Source: Eledone cirrhosa (taxonomy: Eukaryota). From it: 64,000 nucleotides of DNA. The position numbers and the translations under genes are program-made. The DNA lies in NCBI GenBank assembly GCA_964016885.1, contig OZ024741.1, forward strand, positions 212,536,001-212,600,000, written 5' to 3'. The notes under the pieces are model-generated. The model did not search any database and was not told where the DNA came from. It was given only the letters and a program-made list of their open reading frames with translations. Shown here one piece after another: positions 26,701 to 37,900 of the stretch; within the stretch, counting starts at the first letter, position 1, and every line of letters starts with the position of its first letter.

Positions 26701-29588
26701 GTTGGTCTTACTGCTGTTGTTGTTAGTGGTGTTACTGCTGTTGTTGTTGGTGTTGTTACTGCTGTTGTTGTTGGTGGTGGTGTTACTGCTGTTGTTGTTG
26801 TTGGTGGTGTTACTGTTGTTGTTGTTGGTGGTGTTACTGCTGTTGTTGTTGGTGTTGTTACTGCTGTTGTTGTTGGTGGTGATACTGCTGTTGTTGTTGT
26901 TGGTGTTACTGGTGTTGTTGTTGTTGGTGTTACTGCTGTTGTTGTTGGTGGTGTTACTGCTGTTGTTGTTGGTGTTGTTACTGCTGTTGTTGTTGTTGGT
27001 GTTACAGTTGTTGTTGTTGTTGGTGTTACTGCTGTTGTTGTTGGTGGTGTCACTGCTGTTGTTGTTGGTGGTGTTACTGCTGTTGTTGTTGTTGGTGTTA
27101 CTGCTGCTGTTGGTGGTGTTACTGCTGTTGTTGGTGGTGGTGATACTGCTGTTGTTGTCGGTGTTGTTACTGCTGTTGTTGTTGGTGGTGTTACTGCTGT
27201 TGTTGTTGTTGTTGTTGTTGGTGTTACTGCTGTTGTTGTTGTTGGTGTTACTGCTGTTATTGTTGGTGGTGTTACTGTTGTTGTTGTGGGTGGTATTACT
27301 GCTGTTGTTGTTGTTGGTGTTACTGTTGTTGTTGTTGTTGGTGTTACTGCTGTTGTTGTTGGTGGTGTTACTGCTGTTGTTGGTGGTGTTAGTGCTGTTG
27401 TTGTTGGTGGTGTTACTGTTGTTGTTGTTGGTGGTGTTACTGCTGTTGTTGTTGTTATTGGTGTTACTGCTGTTGTTGGTGGTGGTGTTACTGTTGTTGT
27501 TGTTGGTGGTATTACTGCTGTTGTTGTTGTTGGTGTTACTGTTGTTGTTGTTGGTGTTACTGCTATTGTTGTTGGTGGTGTTACTGCTTTTGTTGGTGGT
27601 GTTACTGCTGTATTTGTTGGTGGTGTTACTGCTGTGTTGCTGCTGCTGTTACTGTTGTTGTTGGTGGTGGTGTTACTGCTGTTGTTGTTGGTGGTGTTAC
27701 TGCTGTTGTTGGTGGTGTTACTGCTGTTGTTGTTGCTGGTGTTACTGCTGTTGTTGTTGGTGGTGTTACTGTTGTTGTTGTTGTTACTGCTGATGTTGTT
27801 GTTGGTGTTACTGCTGGTGTTGTTGTTGGTGTTACTGCTGATGTTGTTGTTGGTGGTGTTACTGTTGTTGTTGTTGTTACTGCTGATGTTGTTGTTGGTG
27901 TTACTGTTGTTGTTGTTGTTGGTGTTACTGCTGGTGTTGTTGTTGGTGTTACTGCTGATGTTGTTGTTGGTGGTGTTACTGTTGTTGTTGTTGTTACTGC
28001 TGATGTTGTTGTTGGTGTTACTGTTGTTGTTGTTGTTGGTGTTACTGCTGGTGTTGTTGTTGGTGTTACTGCTGATGTTGTTGTTGGTGGTGTTACTGTT
28101 GTTGTTGTTGTTAGTGTTACTGCTGTTGTTGTTGGTGGTGTTACTGCTCTTGTTGTTGGTGTTACTGTTGTTGTTGTTGTTGTTGGTGTTACTGCTGTTG
28201 TTGTTGGTGGTGTCACTGCTGCTGTTGTTGTTGGTGTTACTGCTGTTGTTGTTGGTGGTGTTACTGCTGTTGTTGTTGTTGGTGTTACTGCTGTTGTTTT
28301 TGTTGGTGTTACTGCTGTTGTTTTTGTTGTTGTTACTGCTGTTGTTTTTGTTGGTGTTACTGCTGTTATTGTTGTTGGTGTTACTGCTGTTGTTGTTGTT
28401 GTTGTTACTTCTGATGTTGTTGTGGGTGGTATTACTGCTGTTGTTGTTGTTGGTGTTACTGTTGTTGTTGTTGTTGGTGTTACAGCTGTTGTTGTTGGTG
28501 GTGTTACTGCTGTTGTTGTTGGTAGTGTTACTGTTGTTGTTGTTGGTGGTGTTACTGCTGCTGTTGTTGTTGGTGTTACTGCTGTTGTTGTTGTTGGTGT
28601 TACTGCTGTTGTTGTTGGTGGTGTTACTGTTGTTGTTGTTGGTGGTATTACTGCTGTTGTTGTTGTTGGAGTTACTGCTGCTGTTGTTGGTGGTGTTACT
28701 GCTGTTGTTGGTGTTACTGCTGTTGTTGTTGGTGGTGTTACTACTTTTGTTGGTGGTGTTACTGCTGTTGTTGTTGGTGGTGTTACTGCTGTGTTGCTGC
28801 TGCTGTTCCTGTTGTTGTTGTTGGTGGTGTTACTGCTGTTGTTGTTGGTGCTGTTACTGCTGTTTGTGGTGGTGTTACTGCTGTTGTTGTTGGTGGTGTT
28901 ACTGTTGTTGTTGTTGGTGGTGTTACTGCTGTTGTTGCTGTTGGGGTTACAGCTGTTGTTGTTGTTGGTGTTACTATTGTTGTTGTTGGTGGTGTTACTG
29001 TTGTTGTTGTTGGTGGTATTACTGCTGTTGTTGTTGTTGGTGTTACTGCTGGGGCTGTTGTCGTTGGTGGTGTTACTACTGTTGTTGTTGGTGGTGTTAC
29101 TGCTGATGTTGTTGGTGGTGTTACCGTTGTTGTTGTTGCTGGCGTTACTGCTGTTGTTGTTGTTGCCGTTACTGCTGTTGTTGTTGTTGGTGGTGTTACT
29201 GCTGTTGTTGTTGGTGGTGTTACTGCTGTTGTTGTTGGTGTTGTTACTGCTGTTGTTGTTGGTGGTGTTACTGCTGTTGTTGTTGTTGGCATTACTGTTG
29301 TTGTTGGCATTACTGTTGTTGTTGTTGTTGGTGTTACTGCTGTTGTTGTTGGTGGTCTTACTGTTGTTGTTGTTGGTGGTATTACTGCTGTTGTTGTTGT
29401 TGGTGTTACTGCTGTTACTGTTGGTGGTGTTACTGATGTTGTTGGTGGTGTCACTGCTGTTGTTGTTGTTGGTGTTACTGCTGTTGTTGTTGTTGGTGTT
29501 ACTGCTGTTGTTGTTGTTGGTGTTACTGTTGTTGTTGTTGTTGGTGTTACTGCTGTTGTTGTTGTTGGTGTTACTGCTGTTGTTTTTG
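14341..29588. repeat. Higher-order tandem duplication, period 7,624/7,621 bp (copy 1 about 14341-21967, copy 2 about 21965-29588)
   Basis: Track ORF pairs at offset 7621 (17165/24786, 18709/26330, 18818/26439, 19665/27286, 20005/27626, 20801/28422) and 7624 (15527/23151). The only differences I saw are one substitution (about 15759 vs 23383) and one GTT indel (about 16900 vs 24525). Confidence 0.92.
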
Positions 29589-31875
29589 TTGGTGTTACTG
29601 CTGTTGTTTTTGTTGGTGTTACTGCTGTTGTTTTTGTTGGTGTTACTGCTGTTGTTGTTGTTGGTGTTACTGCTGTTGTTTTTGTTGGTGTTACTGCTGT
29701 TGTTTTTGTTGGTGTTACTGCTGTTGTTGTTGTTGATGTTACTGCTGTTGTTGGTGGTGTTACTGTTGTTGTTGTTGGTGGTGTTACTGCTGTTGTTGTT
29801 GGTTGTGTTACTGCTGTTATTGTTGGTGGTATTATTGTTGTTGTTGTTGTTGGTGTTACTGTTGTTGTTGTTGTTGGTGTCACTGCTGTTGTTGTTGGTG
29901 GTATTACTGATGTTGTTGTTGTTGGTGTTACTGCTGTTGTTGTTGGTGGTGTTACTGCTGTTGTTGTTGGTGGTGTCACTGCTGTTGTTGTTGGTGGTGT
30001 TACTGCTGTTGTTGTTGTTGGTGTTACTGCTGCTGTTGTTGGTGGTGTTACTGCTGTTGTTGTTGGTGGTGTTACTGCTGTTGTTGTCGGTGTTGTTACT
30101 GCTGTTGTTGTTGGTGGTGTTACTGCTGTTGTTGTTGGTGGTGTAACTGCTGTTGTTGTTATTGGTGGTGTTACTGCTTTTGTTGGTGGTGTGACTGCTG
30201 TTGTTGTTGGTGGTGTTACTGCTGTGTTGCTGCTGCTGTTACTGTTGTTGTTGTTGGTGGTGTTACTGCTGTTGTTGTTGGTGGTGTTACTGCTGTTGTT
30301 GGTGGTGTTACTGCTGTTGTTGTTGGTGGTGTTACTGTTGTTGTTGTTGGTAGTGTTACTGCTGTTGTTACTGTTGGGGTTACAGCTGTTGTTGTTGTTG
30401 GTGTTACTATTGTTGTTGTTGGTGGTGTTACTCTTGTTGTTGTTGGTGGTATTACTGCTGTTGTTGTTGTTGGTGTTACTGTTGTTGTTGTTGTTGGTGT
30501 TACTGCTGTTGTTGTTGGTGGTGTTACTGCAGTTGTTGTTGGTGGTGTTACTGTTGTTGTTGTTGGTGGTGTTACTGCTGTTGTTGTTGTTGCTGTTACT
30601 GCTGTTGTTGTTGGTGGTGTTACTGGCGTTGTTGTTGGTGGCATTACTTCTGTTGTTGATTTTGGTGTTACTGCTGGGGCTGTTGTCGTTGGTGGTGTTA
30701 CAGCTGCTGTTGTTCGTGGTGTTACTGCTGTTGTTGTTGGTGGTGTTACTGCTGTTGTTGTTGGTACTGTTACTGTTGTTGTTGTTGTTGTTGGTGGTGT
30801 TACTGCTGTTGTTGGTGGTGTTACTGTTGTTGTTGTTGTTGGTGTTACTGCTTCTCTTGTTGTTGGTGGTGTTACTGCTGATGTTGTTGTTGGTGGCATT
30901 ACTGCTGCTGTTGTTGTTGGTGTTACTGCTGTTGTTGTTGTTGGTGTTACTGCTGTTGTTTTTGTTGGTGTTACTGCTGTTGTTTTTGTTGGTGTTACTG
31001 CTGTTGTTGTTGTTGGTGTTACTGCTGTTGTTTTTGTTGGTGTTACTGCTGTTGTTGTTGTTGTTGGTGTTACTCTTGTTGTTGTTGGTGGTGTTACTGC
31101 TGTTGTTGTTGGTGAAGTTACTTCTGTTGTTGCTGTTGAGCTTACAGCTGTTGTTGTTGTTGGTGTTACTATTGTTTTTGTTGTTGGTGTTACTGCTGTT
31201 GTTGTTGGTGGTGTTACTGCTCTTGTTGTTGCTGTTACTGCTGTTCTTGTTGTTGTTGGTGTTACTGCTGGTGTTGTTGTTGGTGGTGTTACTGCTGGTG
31301 TTGTTGTTGGTGGTGTTACTGCTGTTGTTGTTGTTGGTGTTACTGCTGTTGTTGTTGTTGGTGTTACTGCTGTTGTTTTTGTTGGTGTTACTGCTGTTGT
31401 TGTTGTTGGTGTTACTGCTGTTGTTTTTGTTGGTGTTACTGCTGTTGTTGTTGTTGTTAGTATTACTGCTGTTGTTGTTGTTGGTGTTACTGCTGTTGTT
31501 TTTGTTGGTGTAACTGCTGTTGTTGTTGTTGGTGTTACTGCTGCTGTTGGTGGTGGTGTTACTGCTGTTGATGTTGGTGGTATTATTGTTGTTGTTGGTG
31601 TTACTGTTGTTGTTGTTGTTGGTGTTACTGCTGTTGTTGTTGGTGGTATTACTGATGTTGTTGTTGTTGGTGTTACTGCTGTTGTTGTTGGTGGTGTTAC
31701 TGCTGTTGTTGTTGGTGGTGTTACTGCTGTTGTTGTTGGTGGTGTTACTGCTGTTGTTGTTGTTGGTGTTACTGCTGCTGTTGTTGGTGGTGTTACTGCT
31801 GTTGTTGTTGGTGGTGTTACTGCTGTTGTTGTCGGTGTTGTTACTGCTGTTGTTGTTGGTGGTGTAACTGCTGTT

Positions 31876-32130
31876 ACAACAAAAACAGTAACATTAGCAA
31901 CAACAACAAGAGTAACACCAACAACAACAACAACAGCAGTAACACCAACAACAACAACAGCAGTAACACCAACAACAACAACAGCAGTAACACCACCAAC
32001 AACAACACCAGCAGTAACACCACCAACAACAACACCAGCAGTAACACCAACAACAACAAGAACAGCAGTAACACCAACAACAACAACAGCAGTAACACCA
32101 ACAACAAAAACAATAGTAACACCAACAACA
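31876..32130 (-). repeat. 255-bp block of array units in inverted orientation (A/C-rich on the + strand)
   Basis: Abrupt switch at ...gtaactgctgtt|acaacaaaaacagtaacattagc... and back at ...accaacaaca|gttactgctg.... It is the only strand switch in the window. Confidence 0.97.
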
Positions 32131-33299
32131 GTTACTGCTGTTGTTTTTGTTGTTGTTACTGCTGTTGTTTTTGTTGGTGTTACTGCTGTTGTTTTTGTTG
32201 GTGTTACTGCTGTTGTTGTTGCTAATGTTACTGTTTTTGTTGTTAGTGTTACTGCTGTTGTTGTTGGTGGTGTTACTGCTCTTGTTGTTGGTGTTACTGT
32301 TGTTGTTGTTGTTGTTGGTGTTACTGCTGGGGCTGTTGTCGTTGGTGGTGTTACTGCTGCTGTTGTTGTTGGTGTTACTGCTGTTGTTGTTGGTGGTGTT
32401 ACTGCTGTTGTTGTTGTTGGTGTTACTGCTGTTGTTTTTGTTGGTGTTACTGCTGTTGTTTTTGTTGTTGTTACTGCTGTTGTTTTTGTTGGTGTTACTG
32501 CTGTTGTTTTTGTTGGTGTTACTGCTGTTGTTGTTGCTAATGTTACTGTTGTTGTTGTTGTTGTTGTTACTTCTGATGTTTTTGTTGGTGTTACTGCTGT
32601 TGTTGTTGGTGGTATTACTGCTGTTGTTGTTGTTGGAGTTACTGCTGCTGTTGTTGGTGGTGTTACTGCTGTTGTTGGTGTTACTGCTGTTGTTGTTGGT
32701 GGTGTTACTGCTGTTGTTGTTGGTGGTGTTACTGCTGTTGGTGGTGGTGTTACTGCTGTTGTTGTTGGTGGTGTTACTGTTGCTGTTGTTGGTGGTGTTA
32801 CTGCTGTTGTTGCTGTTGGGGTTACAGCTGTTGTTGTTGTTGGTGTTACTATTGTTGTTGTTGGTGGTGTTATTGTTGTTGTTGTTGGTGGTATTACTGC
32901 TGTTGTTGTTGGTGGTGTTACTGCTGATGTTGTTGGTGGTGTTACAGTTGTTGTTGTTGCTGGCGTTACTGCTGTTGTTGTTGTTGGTGTTACTGCTGTT
33001 GTTTTTGTTGGTGTTACTGCTGTTGTTGTTGTTGTTGGTATTACTGCTGTTGTTGTTGTTGTTGGTGTTACTGCTGTTGTTATTGTTGGTGTTACTGCTG
33101 TTGTTGTCGTTGGTGTTACTGCTGCTGTTGTTGGTGGTGTTACTGTTGTTGTTGTTGTTGGTGTTACTGCTGTTGTTGTTGGTGGTATTACTGATGTTGT
33201 TGTTGTTGGTGTTACTGCTGTTGTTGTTGGTGGTGTTACTGCTGTTGTTGTTGGTGGTGTTACTGCTGTTGTTGTTGGTGAAGTTACTGCTGTTGTTGC

Positions 33300-36200
33300 T
33301 GTTGGTGTTACTGCTGCTGTTGATGGTGTTACTGCTGTTGTTGGTGGTGGTGTTACTGCTGTTGTTGTCGGTGTTGTTACTGCTGTTGTTGTTGGTGGTG
33401 TTACTGCTGTTGTTGTTGTTGTTGTTGGTGTTACTGCTGTTGTTGTTGTTGGTGTTACTGCTGTTATTGTTGGTGGTGTTACTGTTGTTGTTGTGGGTGG
33501 TATTACTGCTGTTGTTGTTGTTGGTGTTACTGTTGTTGTTGTTGTTGGTGTTACTGCTGTTGTTGTTGTTGGTGTTACTGCTGTTGTTGTTGGTGGTGTT
33601 ACTGCTGTTGTTGGTGGTGTTACTGCTGTTGTTGTTGTTGGTGTTACTGTTGTTGTTGTTGGTGTTACTGCTATTGTTGTTGGTGGTGTTACTGCTTTTG
33701 TTGGTGGTGTTACTGCTGTAGTTGTTGGTGGTGTTACTGCTGTGTTGCTGCTGCTGTTACTGTTGTTGTTGGTGGTGGTGTTACTGCTGTTGTTGTTGGT
33801 GGTGTTACTGCTGTTGTTGGTGGTGTTACTGCTGTTGTTGTTGGTGGTGTTACTGTTGTTGTTGTTGGTGGTGTTACTGCTGTTGTTGCTGTTGGTGTTA
33901 CTGTTGTTGTTGTTGGTGGTGTTACTGCTGTTGTTGTTGCTGAAGTTACTGCTGTTGTTGCTGTTGGGGTTACTATTGTTGTTGTTGTTGGTGTTACTGC
34001 TGTTGTTGTTGGTGGTGTTACTGCTCTTGTTGTTGGGTTTACTGTTGTTGTTGTTGTTGGTGGTATTACTCCTGTTGTTGTTGTTGGTGTTACTGTTGTT
34101 GTTGTTGGTGTTACTGCTGTTGTTATTGGTGGTGTTACTGTTGTTGTTGTTGTTGTTACTGCTGATGTTGTTGGTGGTGTTACTGTTGTTGTTGTTGTTG
34201 TTGGTGTTACTGCTGTTGTTGTTAGTGGTGTTACTGCTCTTGTTGTTGGTGTTACTGCTGATGTTGTTGCTGGTGTTACTGCTGCTGTTGTTGTTGGTGT
34301 TACTGCTGTTGTTGTTGGTGGTGTTACTGCTGTTGTTGTTGGTGGTGTTACTGTTGTTGTTGTTGTTACTGCTGATGTTGTTGTTGGTGGCGTTACTGTT
34401 GTTGTTGTTGTTGGTGTTGCTGCTGGTGTTGTTGTTGGTGTTACTGCTGATGTTGTTGTTGGTGGTGTTACTGTTGCTGTTGTTGTTAGTGTTACTGCTG
34501 TTGTTGTTGGTGGTGTTACTGCTCTTGTTGTTGGTGTTACTGTTGTTGTTGTTGTTGTTGTTGGTGTTACTGCTGTTGTTGTTGGTGGTATTACTGATGT
34601 TGTTGTTGGTGTTACTGCTGTTGTTGTTGGTGGTGTTACTGCTGTTGTTGTTGGTAGTGTTACTGCTGTTGTTGTTGGTGGTGTTACTGCTGTTGTTGTT
34701 GTTGGTGTTACTGCTGCTGTTGTTGGTGTTACTGCTGCTGTTGTTGGTGGTGTCACTGCTGTTGTTGTCGGTGTTGTTACTGCTGTTGTTGTTGGTGGTG
34801 TAACTGCTGTTGTTGTTGTTGTTGGTGTTACTGCTGTTGTTGTTGGTGGTGTTACTGCTGCTGTTGTTGGTGGTGTTACTGTTGTTGTTGTGGGTGGTAT
34901 TACTGCTGTTATTGTTGTTGGTGTTACTGTTGTTGTTGTTGTTGGTGTTACTGCTGTTGTTGTTGGTGGTATTACTGCTGTTGGTGGTGGTGTTACTGTT
35001 GTTGTTGTTGGTAGTGTTACTGTTGTTGTTGTTGGTGGTGTTACTGATGTTGTTGTTGTTACTGCTGTTGTTGTTGGTAGTGTTACTGTTGTTGTTGTTG
35101 GTGGTGTTACTGATGTTGTTGTTGTTACTGCTGTTGTTGTTGGTGGTGTTACTACTTTTGTTGGTGGTGTTACTGCTGTTATTGTTGGTGGTGTTACTGC
35201 TGTGTTGCTGCTGCTGTTCCTGTTGTTGTTGTTGGTGGTGTTACTGCTGTTGTTGTTGGTGGTGTTACTGCTGTTGGTGGTGGTGTTACTGCTGTTGTTG
35301 TTGGTGGTGTTACTGTTGTTGTTGTTGTTGGTGTTACTGCTGTTGTTGCTGTTGGGGTTACAGCTGTTGTTGTTGTTGGTGTTACTATCGTTGTTGTTGG
35401 TGGTGTTACTGTTGTTGATGTTGGCGGTATTACTGCTGTTGTTGTTGTTGGTGTTACTGCTGGGGCTGTTGTCGTTAGTGGTGTTACTACTGTTGTTGTT
35501 GGTGGTGTTACTGATGTTGTTGTTGTTACTGCTGTTGTTGTTGGTAGTGTTACTGTTGTTGTTGTTGGTGGTGTTACTGATGTTGTTGTTGTTACTGCTG
35601 TTGTTGTTGGTAGTGTTACTGTTGTTGTTGTTGGTGGTGTTACTGATGTTGTTGTTACTGCTGTTGTTGTTGGTGGTGTTACTACTTTTGTTGGTGGTGT
35701 TACTGCTGTTGTTGTTGGTGGTGTTACTGCTGTGTTGCTGCTGCTGTTCCTGTTGTTGTTGTTGGTGGTGTTACTGCTGTTGTTGTTGGTGGTGTTACTG
35801 CTGTTGGTGGTGGTGTTACTGCTGTTGTTGTTGGTGGTGTTACTGTTGTTGTTGTTGGTGGTGTTACTGCTGTTGTTGCTGTTGGGGTTACAGCTGATGT
35901 TGTTGTTGGTGTTACTATCGTTGTTGTTGGTGGTGTTACTGTTGTTGATGTTGGCGGTATTACTGCTGTTGTTGTTGTTGGTGTTACTGCTGGGGCTGTT
36001 GTCGTTGGTGGTGTTACTACTGTTGTTGGTGGTGTTACTGCTGATGTTGTTGGTGGTGTTACCGTTGTTGTTGTTGCTGGCGTTACTGCTGTTGTTGTTG
36101 TTGCCGTTACTGCTGTTGTTGTTGTTGGTGGTGTTACTGCTGTTGTTGGTGGTGGTGTTACTGCTGTTGTTGTTGGTGTTGTTACTGCTGTTGTTGTTGG

Positions 36201-37900
36201 TGTTACTGCTGTTGTTGTTGGTGGTGTTACTGTTGTTGTTGTTGGTGGTATTACTGCTGTTGTTGTTGTTGGTGTTACTGTTGTTGTTTTTGTTGGTGTT
36301 ACTTCTGTTACTTTTGGTGGTGTTACTGCTGTTGTTGGTGGTGTTACTGCTGTTGTTATTGGTGGTGTTACTGTTGTTGTTGTTGTTGGTATTACTGCTG
36401 TTGTTGTTGTTGGTGTTACTGCTGTTGTTGGTGGTGGTGTTACTGGTGTTGTTGATGGTGGTGTTACTGCTGGGGCTGTTGTCGTTGGTGGTGTTACTGC
36501 TTCTGTTGTTCGTGGTGTTACTGCTGTTGTTGTAGGTGGTGTTACTGTTGTTGTTGTTGTTGTTGTTTTTGTTACTGCTGTTGTTGTTGTCTGTGTTACT
36601 GTTGTTGTTGTTGGTGGTGTTACTGCTGTTGTTGTTGGTGAAGTTACTGCTGTTGTTGCTGTTGGGGTTACTATTGTTGTTGTTGTTGGTGTTACTGCTG
36701 TTGTTGTTGGTGGCGTTACTGCTCTTGTTGTTGGTGTTACTGTTGTTGTTGTTGGTGGTGTTACTGCTGTTGTTGTTGGTGGTGTTACTGCTGTTGTTGT
36801 TGGTGGTGTTACTGATGTTGTTGTTGTTGGTGTTACTGCTGCTGTTGGTGGTGTTACTGCTGTTGTTGGTGGTGTTACTGCTGTTGTTGTTGGTGGTGTT
36901 ACTGTTGTTGTTGTTGGTGGTGTTACTGCTGTTGTTGTTATTAGTGTTACTGCTGTTGTTGGTGGTGGTGTTACTGTTGTTGTTGTTGGTGGTATTACTG
37001 CTGTTGTTGTTGTTGGTGTTACTGTTGTTGTTGTTGGTGTTACTGCTATTGTTGTTGGTGGTGTTACTGCTTTTGTTGGTGGTGTTACTGCTGTATGTTG
37101 TTGGTGGTGTTACTGCTGTGTTGCTGCTGCTGTTACTGTTGTTGTTGGTGGTGGTGTTACTGCTGTTGTTGTTGGTGGTGTTACTGCTGTTGTTGGTGGT
37201 GTTACTGTTGTTGTTGTTGGTGGTGTTACTGCTGTTGTTGCTGTTGGTGTTACTGTTGTTGTTGTTGGTGGTGTTACTGCTGTTGTTGTTGGTGAAGTTA
37301 CTGCTGTTATTGCTGTTGGGGTTACTATTGTTGTTGTTGTTGGTGTTACTGCTGTTGTTGTTGGTGGTGTTACTGCTCTTGTTATTGGTGTTACTGTTGT
37401 TGTTGTTGGTGGTGTTACTGCTGTTGTTGTTGGTGGTGTTACTGTTGTTGTTGTTGTTGTTACTGCTGATGTTGTTGGTGGTGTTACTGTTGTTGTTGTT
37501 GTTGGTGGTGTTACTGCTGTTGTTGTTGGTGGTGTTACTGCTCTTGTTGTTGGTGTTACTGCTGATGTTGTTGCTGGTGTTACTGCTGCTGTTGTTGTTG
37601 GTGTTACTGCTGTTGTTGTTGGTGGTGTTACTGCTGTTGTTGTTGGTGGTGTTACTGTTGTTGTTGTTGCTACTGCTGATGTTGTTGTTGGTGGTGTTAC
37701 TGTTGTTGTTGTTGTTGGTGTTGCTGCTGGTGTTGTTGTTGGTGTTACTGCTGATGTTGTTGTTGGTGGTGTTACTGTTGTTGTTGTTGTTAGTGTTACT
37801 GCTGTTGTTGTTGGTGGTGTTACTGCTCTTGTTGTTGGTGTTAAAGTTGTTGTTGTTGTTGTTGTTGGTGTTACTGCTGTTGTTGTTGGTGGTGTCACTG
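33300..37900. repeat. Diverged dispersed duplication (about 33650-34580 vs 37020-37890) and an internal ~530-bp tandem duplication (cassettes at 35202 and 35732)
   Basis: Track ORFs 33734..34756 and 37110..37898 are similar. gctattgtt...gcttttgtt...gctgta occurs at about 33670 and 37045. actatcgtt...gatgttggcggtatt occurs at about 35384 and 35914. Confidence 0.7.

Noticed and set aside
31864-32135. Recombinase-driven invertible switch or small TIR transposon at the inversion
   Set aside because: The bracketing inverted repeat is only 7 bp and is derived from monomer sequence. There is no target-site duplication or recombinase/transposase, and the content is array sequence.
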